Counted from the whole stretch's first letter, positions 27,572 to 40,915 are shown. The stretch is DNA of 63,639 bases, filler included, from Choristocarpus tenellus KU-1152 (GCA_964200185.2; 13 parts of 13 records of this genome joined end to end with filler, not necessarily neighbours in it); one strand, 5' to 3'. The notes: generated by a model not told the origin, from the sequence alone. A program made the numbers and translations.

Positions 27572-28058
27572 TCTGGAGGGTAGTAGTACTCGGGTGTATA
27601 TAGCTTTGGGAAGGGGTAGGTGGGGTAGGTAGTGCATGGTTGATGGTCACTGAGAGGTGTGGACAAGAGGTGTGGTGATTTGTTGTAATTTATTTTTTTC
27701 CAAGCGGGGGTACTTTCTTTTTGAGGGGGAAAAAAATAAAAGTGTCCCCTCTTTTTTTGTTTTTTTTCCGATATGGAAGATTTAAAGATGTATTTATTTA
27801 TTCTTCAGTTTCATTTTTGTGTCTGTTGAATGTTGCTTAAGATCTATATTTGTTGCAGTGGATGAAGGGGGGGAGTGGGGGATTGAAGTCAAGAGCATTA
27901 TGTTGTAAATACACATCGTAGTTTGATATGTTTTTTTTGGATGAACATAGACTGAGGATCAAATTCTGGGTTGAATGGAACGCTTTTTGTAACATGCAAC
28001 AACAAATACTCCTCCTCTCTCCCTCTCTCCCTCTGTGTGTGTCTATGTGTTTGAGCAG

Positions 28059-30108
28059 TTATTTGGCTGAATGAGAAGTCAGATGACTTTGTCCTGTATG
28101 AGGAAGTGGAAAAGGCGTTCTATCGTAACCACCGGAAGCTTGACGTCAGCTGTGTGATTGAGAGAGATCTATACGGTAACCAGCTGAGCACTAACCCCAG
28201 GGTGCTGGAGGCAACTCCAGAGTTCAAGATTGGGACTCTAGCAGTGGTAGCAGGTGCGACGATGGTTTGTAGAAAGGACCATTGGGGACTAGGAAAGGGA
28301 TAACCTTCAAAGAGCAAAAATGTTGGATGACTGCTAACTGGGCCCTTGACTGCCTGCTAGTGAGTTTTTTTTTTCTTGACTGTCGTCCTTGGTCGTTACA
28401 TTGATACATCGGATTGATGGGTTCTTGATTGCTAATACACCCTGAAAATATCTGGAAACCCTTTCCGCCCTTGTGACTCTGAAGCCTGTAAGTTTACAGT
28501 CAATGGGTTTTATAGTGTGTGGTGTGGATGTTTGCCTCGCCCTTCCACATTCTGCATGGCAACGTGACCACCGGAGGTAATAGAGTTCATGATATTTGAT
28601 TTCAAATGTAGATAAATCGATCTCCTGAATCCTCGCCCTGCATGGCCAAGGTAGACCTGCAGTAGCTCACCACCTTCTGCTCTGATTGATTTCCATCAAG
28701 CGTAACTAACCCCTTACACTTTTTTTTTTGAATAGTTGTGGATAGTTTTCTTACACGTTGTATGTGTATAGGTGTTATCTGGGGGTAACTATCGCATTTT
28801 GATATCTTTGTTTGCATGTCTTGTGCTGGAAGAATCATCGTATGGGATGGTGCAAGTTAGATTCATAGTGATAAATGGGAACAAGCAAGATGTTCAATTC
28901 CCACAATACATCCGCCGCAGCCCTGGGGGGGGGGGGGGAGTATTCCGATGGAAAATTCTATAGGATTCATCTCTGCCCAAGGTAGGGAGCGTAATATGAG
29001 ACATAGCCATGTTCTTACCACAAAGTGTAGGAAAACATGAATCTGCCCTTTGTGGATCGATATCATGGTACATTCAGTTCATTCTTTGTCTATTGTGTTG
29101 GTTGGTATTGCATGCACAGGTGCCTATGTAGTACATCTCCAGGGACAATAGTTGGCAGTTTGAATGCTTGTGGTCCCATGCACAAGGGTGAGTTCTGGAG
29201 CCCCTAAATACCTGTGCAAAACCCCAACCTTAGTTACCCCCCCCCCTTTCCCTCACACATTTCCGCCTACTGCCACGCCCATTGGTCCATGCTCTATGCC
29301 TCACAACTACAGGGCCAGAGTATTTCACCCGAAAAGTCACAGACTATCTTGTCCGTCATGGTTATGCGGAGGAGGCTATCATGAGGCTATGATCATTCTC
29401 CTTGCCAACCCCCTCCCAAATGTTTGACCTATGGGATGATGAGAGGGCCAAGGGTAGGTTGTTAACTGGATGTAAAGGGAGGAGGTAGTGCAGAAGTATG
29501 AAGCTGTGGGAAGTAGAGCACATTCTCCACACAGATTGACCCACTCTCACCTCTCGGTGGAAGGTAGAGAGTGAATTACTGCATCAGGAGGTCTTACAAA
29601 CCCCTAAGATATAGACACTTAGAATGTCGGTGGTGGTATGTGTTGGGTGCACACTGCCGCTTTGACCCCTCATGTTCCGAGTAGTCTCAACCTCAACATT
29701 AAGTGTCAGTGAATGTCAGTGAGTGTGAGAGGACAGTGTGGACTGCAGCTGATTTATAGCCTGTGTGAGTTGATGAAGTTGGGATTACTGCAGAAATATG
29801 TGTATCTTTTGTCTGTTTACAGTTGTTGCTGTTGAGGGAGTGGAAAGGGAGTGCAGTGGTGAATGTTCTAGTTAACTTGTTGCGATATTTCGGTGCTGAC
29901 GTCTTGTGTGGGGTTAGGGTTTTCATTGACCCTGATGGGGTTGGTCCAGGGAAGCAGGGAGAGGAATCGGTGTCAAGAGCAAAGAGTAGGTAGTACTGCT
30001 TCTGTTGAAGATGTGTTAAAAGATGTGAAGGAATTGAGTCGACCGATTAGATATCGTGAACTTCCCCATGTTCTTGCAACTGTACTATACCAGTCAAGTG
30101 CAGCATGA
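28059..30108 (+). CDS. 3' exons of a hypothetical protein gene (28059-28175, ~28966-28981, ~29823-29858, ~29950-30108)
   Basis: cag|IWLNEKSDDFVLYEEVEKAFYRNHRKLDVSCVIERDLY|gt, and a terminal exon GSRERNRC...LYQSSAA*; no family recognised. Confidence 0.45.
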
Positions 30109-30793
30109 AGAAAGGGTAAGAGAAAAATAATCGCCTTCAACTGATTTGCTGGATTTCAAAGGACATGCCATCTTGGAAAGAAAAATATATAAAGTGCAAG
30201 TACTTTTGTCAAGAATGGATTACTTTCTCCTCGAGTTTTTTATGCAGTGGTAGTGTGATCTTGTAGAGAAAAAATTCCTCCGGAAAAATATAGCAGACCC
30301 TAGAAGCCTGTTCGAACTTCGTCAGGATCATTTTCTTGGTCCTTGGTGCACCAAACATCTTTTTTTTATCGACAACTGCTTTCAGTAGTAAAGACAAGAT
30401 CTGCAAACATAAGTAGTGAAGATATTGTACGTACAGTTGGGAACCTCAATCCTTGTCCTCCTTCTCTCTACTCCAGAAAAGGTCAATTCAAGTTGTGCCA
30501 CTGCACCCAATGGCATAGAACACTGTACCGTATCTATAAAATTGGACAGCTTTAGGATTTGGTAGGTCTCATTTGATTGGATTACCTCCACGGATGTAGC
30601 CTCCCACTGCAGTCTTTCGAAGGAACAAATGCTTTGATATGTTCCATTTTTTTTTTTTTTTACCATTCCAGATTTGTTGCCTACAAGACAAATGTCCAAG
30701 ACAATTTTGTTGCAGTAGTACTGGCTCATGAAGACTGGAAAAAGGTGAGTGTTCTTCAGACTACAACTTTAAAGATACCTCTCCTTCAACCTC

Positions 30794-32192
30794 TCAAGGT
30801 GCTGGCCCTGCCAATGCCCTGTCCACCCATGGGGCATCGAGGCTGTTTTGCCGCCAATCGTACTCGAAGTACTCCAAGTTGACATCACTTGGCAGAGGTT
30901 CAGTTCCCTTCCAGTGCTTGCCAATAAAGGCAAGTGTCCCTCCTTCCTTGTCAAAATCTTCTTTATACCACTTGAAGATGGGATTTACACGCAAGGTGTT
31001 GCCAGGACCAAGCTGCACCATTGCCCCACCATTGACTGCAGCACCAGTTACCTTTTATACAGAAATCGGTAGTGAGTGAAAAAAAAGCAATACCTGGTGG
31101 GTGATAATTGTGGCTAGTGTTTGGTACATTTGGTTGACAGAAGGTGAACTAGTCAAGCCATCCAAAGGTGGATTCACCACAAAACCTGCTACTGGCTGAC
31201 ATGGCAACTGGGTGCAGGACTTCATACCTTTGTGAACGGCACCATTCTTAATCAACCCTCTTAACATTACCTCATCTAGTTCTGCATTGAGGTTTGGTCC
31301 GGTGAAGAGAGACCTCCTGAGTGGTGGACAAGACACGCTGGCACAGTTCAGCGCAAAGTGTACTCGCGCGTCATCTACCTCAGGCCGTATCACCTGGAGA
31401 ATTTGAAGCACAAACATGCATCAGCAAGAGAAGACAACATTTACCTTCAAAGAACCTCTTGAACGTAAGATTCCTGCGGTCATGTTCGCGCTGATGAGAG
31501 CAAGGCTTACCTTGTTCTCCAAATTGTAGAGATTAGTGCGGGCTGACCCGGTGGACACTTTGTGCCAATAGAAGAAGCGAGCTTTGTCCAGGAAACCAAT
31601 GTGACCCTTCCACTTGGGCTGATTTCCCGTCCAGGGTTGATATGAAGTAGTAGAAGAGTAGTGGAGAAATAAAACAAATCTGTTGGTGGGGTGCATGCTT
31701 GTAGATAGCTCTCTTATCATAGGAGGGATGGGCAGGGGTACTCAAGAAACGACTGGAAATGAGGCACTCTTTTCCATAACTGGAGAAGCATCCAATCACC
31801 TTCTTTCGCTCCTTCAGTACCCAGTGAAGTGTCCAGAGATTGTAAGCATTGATGAGAAATGCGTGGCGTTCGGCTTTGGGTAACGCACTAGGGTTCGTCT
31901 CTTCGATCTTCTTAACCATATCCTCGAGCCATTCACTTTCCGAGGCCAATTTTGAGTAGTCCACCCATGCCTGGGCAGGCTCAGCAGCAATATATTCAGA
32001 CATCCTGTCGGGACTCAAGGGGTTTCCTGCTGGACTCATGGACGACTCGTGGGAACAGAGAGCAGTTCCAACAAATGTTGAGGGCACTCCAAGCCGCAAG
32101 GAGAAAGACAACCCTACGGCTAGGTAGAGTAACAAGGCGAGGGTAGGCAATCCTCGCGTTACCCCCCTCTTGTTAGTGAGTAATGTTCTCAT
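30794..32192 (-). CDS. DUF547-domain protein with a hydrophobic N-terminal segment (exons 32192-31800, 31618-31511, 31393-31271, 31051-30794)
   Basis: DUF547 hallmarks VDYSKL, AFLINAYNLWTL, LYNLENKVIR, DARVHFALNCASVSCPPL, IFKWYKEDF and YDWRQN; all junctions GT-AG, phase 0. Confidence 0.92.
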
Positions 32193-32747
32193 TGAATTCG
32201 GTAAGTTGCTACAATCGGATTCCTGGTTTGGACTTGGTTATCGGGAAAATAAACATTTGGAGATGTACACACATATGAGTAGTGTATGTTGGTTGAACCA
32301 TATGTACAAACCTATTCCTTAAATGAATTTTGGAGGTTCAACTTCATCTTACTTACACAATATATAGTAAGTACAATACATTTACATGTCTGAATTTGTG
32401 GGGTCAATCCCCCTCAATCCCAAATTTCATTTCACAGATATTTGGTTTGTATATTATTTTATTATGCCCTCTNNNNNNNNNNNNNNNNNNNNNNNNNNNN
32501 NNNNNNNNNNNNNNNNTTAATTAATTAANNNNNNNNNNNNNNNNNNNNNNNNNNNNNNNNNNNNNNNNNNNNCCCTCCCCCGAGAGGTTTACCTGCAATG
32601 CCACTTGTGTCCCCCTGGCAGGTGGTCTGCATGCCCCTCGTGCCTCCCCCCCCCCCCCCCTCCCTGCAAAGTAGTGCCCCCTCCCCCCCAGTGCAAGAAA
32701 TGTCGTTGTCCTAGTTCCCCCCCCTGCCCCGACTCTCCAACCTGCAC

Positions 32748-35316
32748 CTGGCCATTGACCCCCCAAAGTGGAGACTGGTTGGCAGAAAAAGTGCCAAGCA
32801 TCTGTATTCAGTGAGCGATCGCAGGGAGAAGGGACAAGCTTGGCTCAATAACCACATGAGATCAGGTGTGTGCCTGTCTATCACAGGGCTATACATTGTA
32901 TGGGTAACTGTGGAGCGAAAATAATATTTGCCTTTCCTGTCAGAACGTGCTGAGGAGTACACGGTGAGCGATGACATCATTATTAATCTATTGCAAAAAA
33001 AATGTACTTGAGTTGAAAACTAGCGGTTTGTTTTTCTTTAGCAGAGCCTTTCCTGATTGATCATTATATCGTAGAAAAAGTAGGGAAGAAAAACACGGCG
33101 TATCAAACCCTGTGTAGTATTCCTGCGCTAATTACATAGCAGAGGCCTCCATACACACATACACAATGCTGCGATTTTTAAATTTACAAAATGGACCTAC
33201 AGCATATAGTGCACACGTGTAGCGAATTGAGTGTGCAGTGATTCCTGATAGGGCACTCGTCAAATTGAGGCCCCTCGTGGACTCCTACAAGGGTTTCCAA
33301 CATATTGTATGCACAAAATTCTCATGTAGGGTGCATATATGGGTAGCTGCATCTTAGAGAATGCTCTAAAACACAGGTAGAGTCTCTCTCTAGGGAGACA
33401 GACAGGGTCCATGGCGAGCAAGTCAGATGTAAAAATAAACACAGCAGAGTACACATCTCTACATCGTCAAGGAGTCTGGTCAGGTGGAGGGGGGGGGGGG
33501 GGGGGCGCGCCTTCTTTTCTTTTTACATTTTAAAGACACCCCAAAACCTTGTGGATGGTNNNNNNNNNNAGCAACCGCAAGTCCTCCTCTCGGCTGACGG
33601 GGGGGCGGGGGTGGGGGGGGGGGGGGGGGGGGGGGGGGGCTTGCCATCTTGACTTCTTACATCTATAAGAGACTCCACAACCTTGTGCATGGTGTTGACT
33701 GAGCTCCAGGAGGCTTTGGCCAGGCAAGCTAGTGTTAGCTTTCCATCTTGCTCCACAAATGGGCAATTGTGACTGTAAGAGCTGTGGGAAAGGGGGGTAA
33801 CAAAGGCAAAACAAGGCATCACACACTGACTTCGTGTGCTGTAAGGTCAAAAAGTAGATGTTACTACTGGGGACCGACATGCACACAAGCAAAAAAAGGA
33901 AAAACATCCCACAGAAAAATGGATATGGATTCAATCAAAGCCTGGTGGTAGCAAGGAACAAATAAGTAAGCAAAGTACTTATGACAAAAACGATGGGGCT
34001 CAAGTAAGGTACACAGAGAGTATGGGGTAGGGTGGGGTCGAATAATGTGCACCTGTCAGTGTATAGAGCAGGAGGTTCGTGTGGGTAGTACTTGGGGACC
34101 AAGACAGTGAAGACGTTGGGCAATAGTGACTCAGTGGACGCCCCTCCATCCATGTTGCAGATGTTCTCGCTAACAAGGCTCCCTGAACTGAGATCAACAG
34201 TTGGGTTACTCCTGGCAGTCCCCTTAGCAACAAGACCCCCAGCAGACTTCAGAGGATGGAATAAGGTGAGCATGCACTTCAGTGGGTCACCAACAACACG
34301 ATCAAATCTGGTCCAGAAAAACAAATATAATGTGTAGGAGATTGGGTTTGGTGATTCTGATGGTAATGTATGTGTGGGGGGGGGGGGGGGGGGGGGGGAC
34401 GGCTGTGGGGTGTTCCTAATCATAAAAAGGAGGTAGGAAAAAAAGGGGGGTTGGTGGGGGTGTGTGTTGGTGAGGGTGTTGGTGGGGGGGGGGGGGGGGG
34501 GGGGGGGGGTACGCCTGTGGGCTGTACTCAATCATAAACAGCAGTATGTATAATACGCTGTTGCTTCGTGTGGTGTGGAATGTATGCCAATACAGGCATA
34601 AATGAAATCTAAGCTATAAATGTATACGGGAAAAGCACGGGCTTTGGCGGAGGTGAGCGAAGAGTTGTCCCACCTTGCTATGCCGTCCGCTTCCAGGTTG
34701 TTGCATTCCTTGAGGTCGTTCTTGAGACGTAATTCCCCTGGGGTCAAGCTGAGGCGGGAGGGTACGCTTTCTTTAACACGGTGGAAATTAAAAACCTGAT
34801 GTAGAGATAACAAAGAAGTATCTAGCGTAATTGTGTAAGTTTAGCTTACCGACCCTTTTTGGACGTCTATAGTAGGACCAAAAAGATCGAACGAGTATCG
34901 TTACAATGATGCAAATACATTATTTGTGGTCACCTTGGCGAGTTAAAATGACTCCCATATCTCGAAGAGGGCCTAAGATGACGACATGACTATGATGGTG
35001 CTCACGTAGGGTCTCCAAGAGAGCCTCCACAAACCGTCCATCCACACAACGCTCCCGCGTATAGAAGTGTTCCTGACAACACCTATCGCTATCACACTAT
35101 CTACTGAGTTCACTGTTGCAGGTCCTCACCTCACTCTGCACTTCTTAACCTGTTCCACCAGAGAGTCAGGGGAATCATCGTTCCTATCCCTCGGCAAGGT
35201 GCGCTTGGTCGATCGTCTCGAAAACAAGCCATTGAGTCCAGTGACATTCCCTGACATCATACCCCTGTGGTGACCTGGAAATGGCGCTATCTTGTCCTCT
35301 CCACAAACGAGGTGCC
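32748..35316 (-). CDS. Ubiquitin-conjugating (E2/UBC)-fold protein lacking the catalytic Cys, UEV-like (exons ~35316-35130, 34748-34674, 34307-34053, 33772-33661, ~32801-32748)
   Basis: Spliced product ...SLTPGELRLKNDLKE...FTVLVPKYYPHEPPALYTDSHNCPFVEQDGKLTLACLAKASWSSVNTMHKVVESL aligns by eye to the E2 pattern 'LRL.KD..E / YP..PP / HPN.D..G.VCL..L...W.P'; junctions are phase-consistent. Confidence 0.7.
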
Positions 35317-35786
35317 TGGAAATGAACCCATTACAAGCCAGGGTTCAACATTATGACGAACAAAATCCAACAACCCTGCATTCGAGCAGCGAGTGCAAGA
35401 GGTCACCATGTACATACCGTTCTTGACTTGGTGTGATGAATGAAACGTTTCGGAGGAAGACTCACGTGATTCTTGTTGGCTTCAACACTGTACCAGCGGC
35501 GGAATCCGCCTCCAACGCCAATGCATGAGGAGAATATACCCAGCTCTGGTCCATACCAGCTGATGCCTATCTGTTTGAACACTCCATCCAAAACAAGTTG
35601 TGTTGATGGTAAGTGTAAGTGTTTGAGGATGAAGATGAGTTGTAGTTTGTTGGACTATGGTACATGGGTGTAGTACTACAGAAGTACTAGAACTACTGTA
35701 CCCTGGTTCTAAGTTTGTGTCGTTTAGTCATGATCGAGTGATACCTGAACTAAGCGAAAGCTCGTCCTGCAATTATTGCACAAAAT

Positions 35787-35960
35787 GAGTAAAAGTATCT
35801 TAGAGGGTAGAGCCGCAGTGTCCATTTATTTGGGGCTAAAATTCAATGTTGCGATTTTGATGTAATTTTGGCTATCGTGTTTATTAGGAAGTGCCAATAT
35901 CCCTTGTTCCAAAGTGTCCTTTTCATAAGGTATACATTTTACCTCCTCCAAAATGTTTTG
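35787..35960 (+). mobile_element. MITE family A, 5' part interrupted by family B
   Basis: gagtaaaagtatcttagaggg plus A body to 35960, then the B TIR begins. Confidence 0.87.
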
Positions 35961-36034
35961 GGCTCAAAGTATCTGGGAGGGGGTGGCGGCTGTCCATTTG
36001 GGGTCAATTTTTTCATTTCGCGATTTTTGGGTGA
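35961..36034 (-). mobile_element. MITE family B nested in family A, cut by contig end
   Basis: ggctcaaagtatctgggagggggtggcggctgtccatttgggg. Confidence 0.85.
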
Positions 36035-36134
36035 NNNNNNNNNNNNNNNNNNNNNNNNNNNNNNNNNNNNNNNNNNNNTTAATTAATTAANNNNNNNNNN
36101 NNNNNNNNNNNNNNNNNNNNNNNNNNNNNNNNNN

Positions 36135-36206
36135 AAAAAATTGTTTGACCGAAACGAACCCCCCCCCAAAACACCCCCCCCCCCCCCCCCCGAGATACTT
36201 TGACCC
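36135..36206 (+). mobile_element. MITE family B-like terminal fragment
   Basis: Poly-C followed by gagatactttgaccc. Confidence 0.7.
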
Positions 36207-36446
36207 ACGTTTATGGAGACCTGTAACAATGGGACTTCAAGGCACCGAGGTTGAGATATCGCTTCAAGGTGTCGCGGTTGTGTCTGCCACAATGAGGATT
36301 GTGGCAAAGGCAGTGTTGAAAGAGTCGGAGATTTCTGTGAGGTTGGCATGTTGAAAGCGTTCAGCATTTTAGAATCACAGTCTCCTAGGAAATTGAAGAC
36401 GGCAACGAGTTTTTAATGTGAGATAAGGGCATGATCAAGGAGTTTG

Positions 36447-36700
36447 GGGAGTTGTTCGAGTAGACTCCTCCAACTGTATCGGATATCACTTCTAGTATAT
36501 ACATGTAGAGTGAGAATACAAGAGTTTCTAGAGTACGATCGAATACCAATTACTAACTCTTGTATTCCCACTCTCCTATCCATCAATTCGTATGCAAGGA
36601 CAAATATGGGTTAACCAACTAATAAATCTGGTGTTCTCACTCTACATGTATACTACTAGTGATATCCGATACAGTTGGAGAAGTATTCGAACACCCTCCC
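36447..36700. repeat. Long inverted repeat (fold-back) with ~75-bp arms
   Basis: Perfect complementary blocks ctccaactgtatcggatatcact/agtgatatccgatacagttggag and tatacatgtagagtgagaa/ttctcactctacatgtata. Confidence 0.9.
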
Positions 36701-38093
36701 TATGTCCTTAGAATGGATGGATGAGTATGCCCTTGAAACATGATCGGCAGTGCTAAGTCCCTCAGTGCGTGAAGTCTATCATCACCAAGGTTTGTTACGA
36801 CGTTTTTGGGGCGCTACAAAACCCCAGTGTGGCGGGGATACCAAGGGGTGTAAAGGTGGACGGGGGGCAAGGAACAAGAATCACACCATCAGAGTAGACT
36901 GAGCGGAAGCATAGGAGTTATGCTTTCCTGACATCATATGTGGAATTTTGAGTTCTTGATGATCAACAGAGAATGAGTGTCAGAGAGGACTAATATCTAC
37001 TATGGTCAACGAAGCAAGGATTTGCATAGTTCAGCCTCACTCGTCCATAGAATGTGAGCAGGGTTTTCACGTATGAACTGCATTGTAACCCTGAATGTAG
37101 AAATTTCTCTCAAGATGTATTTGTTCCCCCGTCGCCTGATGTTCTGAGACACTCAGATTGTCCCGCATATTTGAAATGTTTGTTAATTGATACTGGGAGA
37201 GAGTTTTTTGTGCATTGCCTGTACATTGAGGTGTCATCATTTTTTTGTTAACTGATTGAAGTAAAATGGAAGGAAGTCTTGAGTTGCCAACAAGGGAGTG
37301 TCTTCTTACATGAGTTTATGATGTTGCTTTGTTCCAGGAGTTTTTAGGTCCCACTTTGAAGTTATAGCAGGGGAGAGTGCTGTGCTAGTACTACCGAATA
37401 CTTGTGTGACTGATTGGTGGTGCAATCAAATGGTAATTGACCTCACATCACACGATGCTGCGGTAGGTTGTACTGGGTTTTGCAGACTATTGGTCAGCCC
37501 TAATAGGAGTGTGAGGAAGCACCTGTCCCTGCTATATTTTAATTTCAGTGGTCGCGCCTTCGACATAATTCCATGCTTGCGGATGACACCTGGTCTGCCA
37601 GACTCTCAACTCTCGTAAGATCCTGACTTCCGATCCTCACTGGTCCTATTGGTAACGCCACAAGGAATTTTCTTGGATCCTTTGGAGGGAATCAGAAACG
37701 ATATTCTTCTATTTCCTGCTAGAGTCTTAGCAGTCGCCTCCCGCATCAACTTTGTCGTGCCATACCTTTTGATCAACAACATTTTTTTTCATGAAAATTT
37801 GTTAGTTATAATCGCCTAATCATGCCTAAACTTATTTGATGTGTCTGGATTGTCAACTGGCAGTAATCGTGAGAAATACAGGACTATACTTAAATTCAGT
37901 ATTCCCTGCATGGTGAGCCACGTGGCGGGCGCGAACCACGCATTTAAGGATGATATTGACCCCTGTAGAGGCTCTCTTCACCTGGAGAATATTGGCGTTA
38001 TTCTTTCCATTATTTCCCATTTATACGATGTTGCCACCTGCTGGCTTAAGGCTAATGGGGGCCCCGGTCTCAGAATCAGACATCCATGCAAAA

Positions 38094-38380
38094 TCAAATG
38101 AGGTATTCTGAAGGTACAGGCCTCCTGTGCGACTTAAAATATCTTGTACACCCTGTCCAATTTGGTGCACTCCATGCCTTTCTCGTTGGAATAGATCAGG
38201 TGTTAAGCAATACTCACCCTGAAGAACCTCTCCACAATTACCCTGGACAGTCCCCCTTCCTCCTTAAGACTGACAAGGATGTTGGCTCTCATTTCAGGCA
38301 ACGTGTAGTCACAGTGGCCTCGTACATGGTGCTTCGTCCGCCCCCAAACCATCTCTATCAGGTTCAATTCATAGTGTCGT
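38094..38380 (-). pseudogene. C-terminal relic of an IS630/Tc1-like transposase
   Basis: HYELNLIEMVWGRTKHHVRGHCDYTL...FKSHRRP matches the 'HCELNPIE.VWG..K...R..CDYT...YKSHRR' tail around the catalytic Glu. Confidence 0.75.
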
Positions 38381-38489
38381 GAGAGGAGCAGACTACAACT
38401 CGGAGCTCATTGTGCGTCACAGTGTCATGTGAGTGGCTTGAACAGTATTAAGCCGAGGTTAGCCCATGTACCGTTTTGGCGGGTATCAA

Positions 38490-38791
38490 TCTTGATTTTT
38501 TTTAAAGGTTGCCCAACGAGTTAATCAATGATCAGCATATCAAAATAAAGCTATGGATCTAGGCTATTGTTTATGTCAAGGAATTTTTTCGTGAAAATGT
38601 ATTTGGTCATGATAATTTACTCCAAAGCATTTTCAAGGTTGTGCCGAAAACATTTGGTTAAAATTTAACCTTACCAATATAATTTTCCGAACGAATTCCT
38701 TTCCGGAAATCGATAGTTTAGATTAAGAGTTTTCAGTCGATATGCTGATCATCGTTTAACTCATTGGACAACGTTTTCAAAGAAATCAAGA
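38490..38791. repeat. ~300-bp imperfect palindrome (fold-back/MITE-like)
   Basis: tcttgattt..ggttgcccaacgagttaatcaatgatcagcatatc pairs with gatatgctgatcatcgtttaactcattggacaacg..aaatcaaga; pairing continues toward the centre. Confidence 0.85.
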
Positions 38792-39079
38792 CCGGTCTGA
38801 TCCTAGAGGTGACTGCCAACATTGTATCCCTTTTTGATCCATCGATGAGTTTTAGTCCCGTCCTGAGATATTGGACATTGTAAATGTGCCGACCCTTCTG
38901 GTCAGATCAATTCCCAGTGACCAGGGCATGACTGGTCTCATTGCAGTGGCCAAGGCTGACTCCGGGGACGAATATTCAATAATGGAACTAAGAAGAGGGA
39001 TAGACCAAAGAAGAATAGTTCTGATTCTGACTCAAAGATTTACATGGGGGGGTTTGTTACCAATGTTTTTAATGAATAG

Positions 39080-39140
39080 GACCCAAAGTATCTGTGGGGG
39101 GGGTGGGTGGGTATACCAGGGTGTCCATTTACACTAAAAT
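39080..39140 (+). mobile_element. MITE family B start, cut by contig end
   Basis: gacccaaagtatctgtggggg...taccagggtgtccattt. Confidence 0.8.
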
Positions 39141-39240
39141 NNNNNNNNNNNNNNNNNNNNNNNNNNNNNNNNNNNNNNNNNNNNTTAATTAATTAANNNN
39201 NNNNNNNNNNNNNNNNNNNNNNNNNNNNNNNNNNNNNNNN

Positions 39241-39282
39241 GATCTAATGGACGTGTCTCTACCCTCTAAGATACTTTGGCTC
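39241..39282 (-). mobile_element. MITE family A terminal fragment
   Basis: aatggacgtgtctctaccctctaagatactttggctc. Confidence 0.8.
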
Positions 39283-39651
39283 CGATCCCACATCCAGTGT
39301 AGAGTTCTCCATCAGTTTGGTGGAAGGAATACGTTCCTCACTCTCCTCCTCAACACCCTGAGAAACCTTTGCCCTTCTTCCCAGGAGTCTCCTCCGCGTC
39401 TCGCTTTCTTCACATCCGCAAGGTTTTTTAGCCTTGCTTGCAGAAGTCTCATTTTCGCTTCTTCATCCCTTCCCTATGCCGAGAATGCTTAGCCCTCTTT
39501 ACGGGGGCCTCCTCTACATCTTGCTTATCTGCAGTTGGGATTTTTTTCCCCTTCTTCCCTACAGAAGTCCTCTTCGTGAGAGTGCTTGCCACTTTTCGCA
39601 GGAGACTCCTTCACATCTTGAATCATTCTGGTTGTAACATGTTTATGCAGG

Positions 39652-40665
39652 TGTTAAAACATAGGCTACTCATCTGTTTGCTCTTTGATAGGATACAGTT
39701 CCACCAGTCAACACTGACTGTTGATTGGTCTGTTACGTTCTGGATGTTACTTTTATGCAAAAGAGAGCTACTCTGATAGAGTATTTTGCTTTATGTAGTA
39801 TGGATTTGTTTATTAGCGAAGTGAGCACTATCCTCAAGGTGGAGGGTGGTGCTCTCCCTTGTTATTTAGTTCATTCGTCATCAAACACGTCAGAAATATG
39901 TTCAAACATGTTTGTGAGAGTTACACTACGTCAGTCTCTTATAAGTTCAAGTTACATTACTTCCTTCACTTTTACACTATAAACCATATAGACTACTAAT
40001 CTATACTGCATAACTTTCACTAGTTCGTCATCACCGCATCAACTACAATCAGAACACCTTAGTACAGAACAGTCGCTCTGCGTTCCATACAAATAGTATA
40101 GTATACGTCTCTTGATCTGCATCACATATTGGCTCAATTTTGTTCTGTTGTTCTGTTGTATATTTTTCTTTCACTCTTTCTTCTTATCAGCAGAAGATGA
40201 CAGTTGTACGTTGATGATTATTATTTCTTTCCTGGCTGCCATTGATCCCTCAAATTGCACCAAAGTCACTCTGCAAAACTGTCTACCAAACACACACATG
40301 GATGTAATATATATCAGAGTTAAAACCATCCACAAAAACCCTTGCCAGCTAAGGTAACAAGCATCTCCACAGAGCATGGACTTCTTTCGTTGAGTATTTC
40401 TTGAAAGAACACTGAATACACACCACATCATTCTGGACTGAGCAACCAAGAATATCGAATTCATATCGCATCATTCTTGACTGAGAGATCAATGACCTCA
40501 GTTACAACAGAATAAATACATCGGTGCTTTGCAGCACAATCACACCTATCTATAACATAGACTACGCATATAACTCATCGGTGCTTTGCAGCATTGTGAT
40601 TGCTCGTCACTCGTAGTCTACGCATGTTGCTTACATCTACGATGCATTCAATTCAGGTTTCAACA
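39652..40665 (+). mobile_element. Solo LTR of a copia-type family
   Basis: TGTTAAAAC...GTTTCAACA termini; 5-bp flanks GCAGG/GAAGG; homologous to 40916-41702 and 41792-42635. Confidence 0.78.
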
Positions 40666-40915
40666 GAAGGTTTCTCTTTCTCTCTTTCCCTTTCCATTGT
40701 GGTGGTCTTGCCCTTTACTCTACTCGGCAGGGTATCCACCTTTCCATGTTTAACCATCATTATATTTTTCCTGGAGAATGACGACAATTCCCGAAGAATA
40801 TGTGAAACGGCTGTGTCCTCATCATTGCTGCCCCTACTCCTCCCTCCTACCTCAGTAATATCTTTGCTCCCATGGGCCACTGAGCCCCCAGTTTTTCCAC
40901 CTTTGGTACAATATG

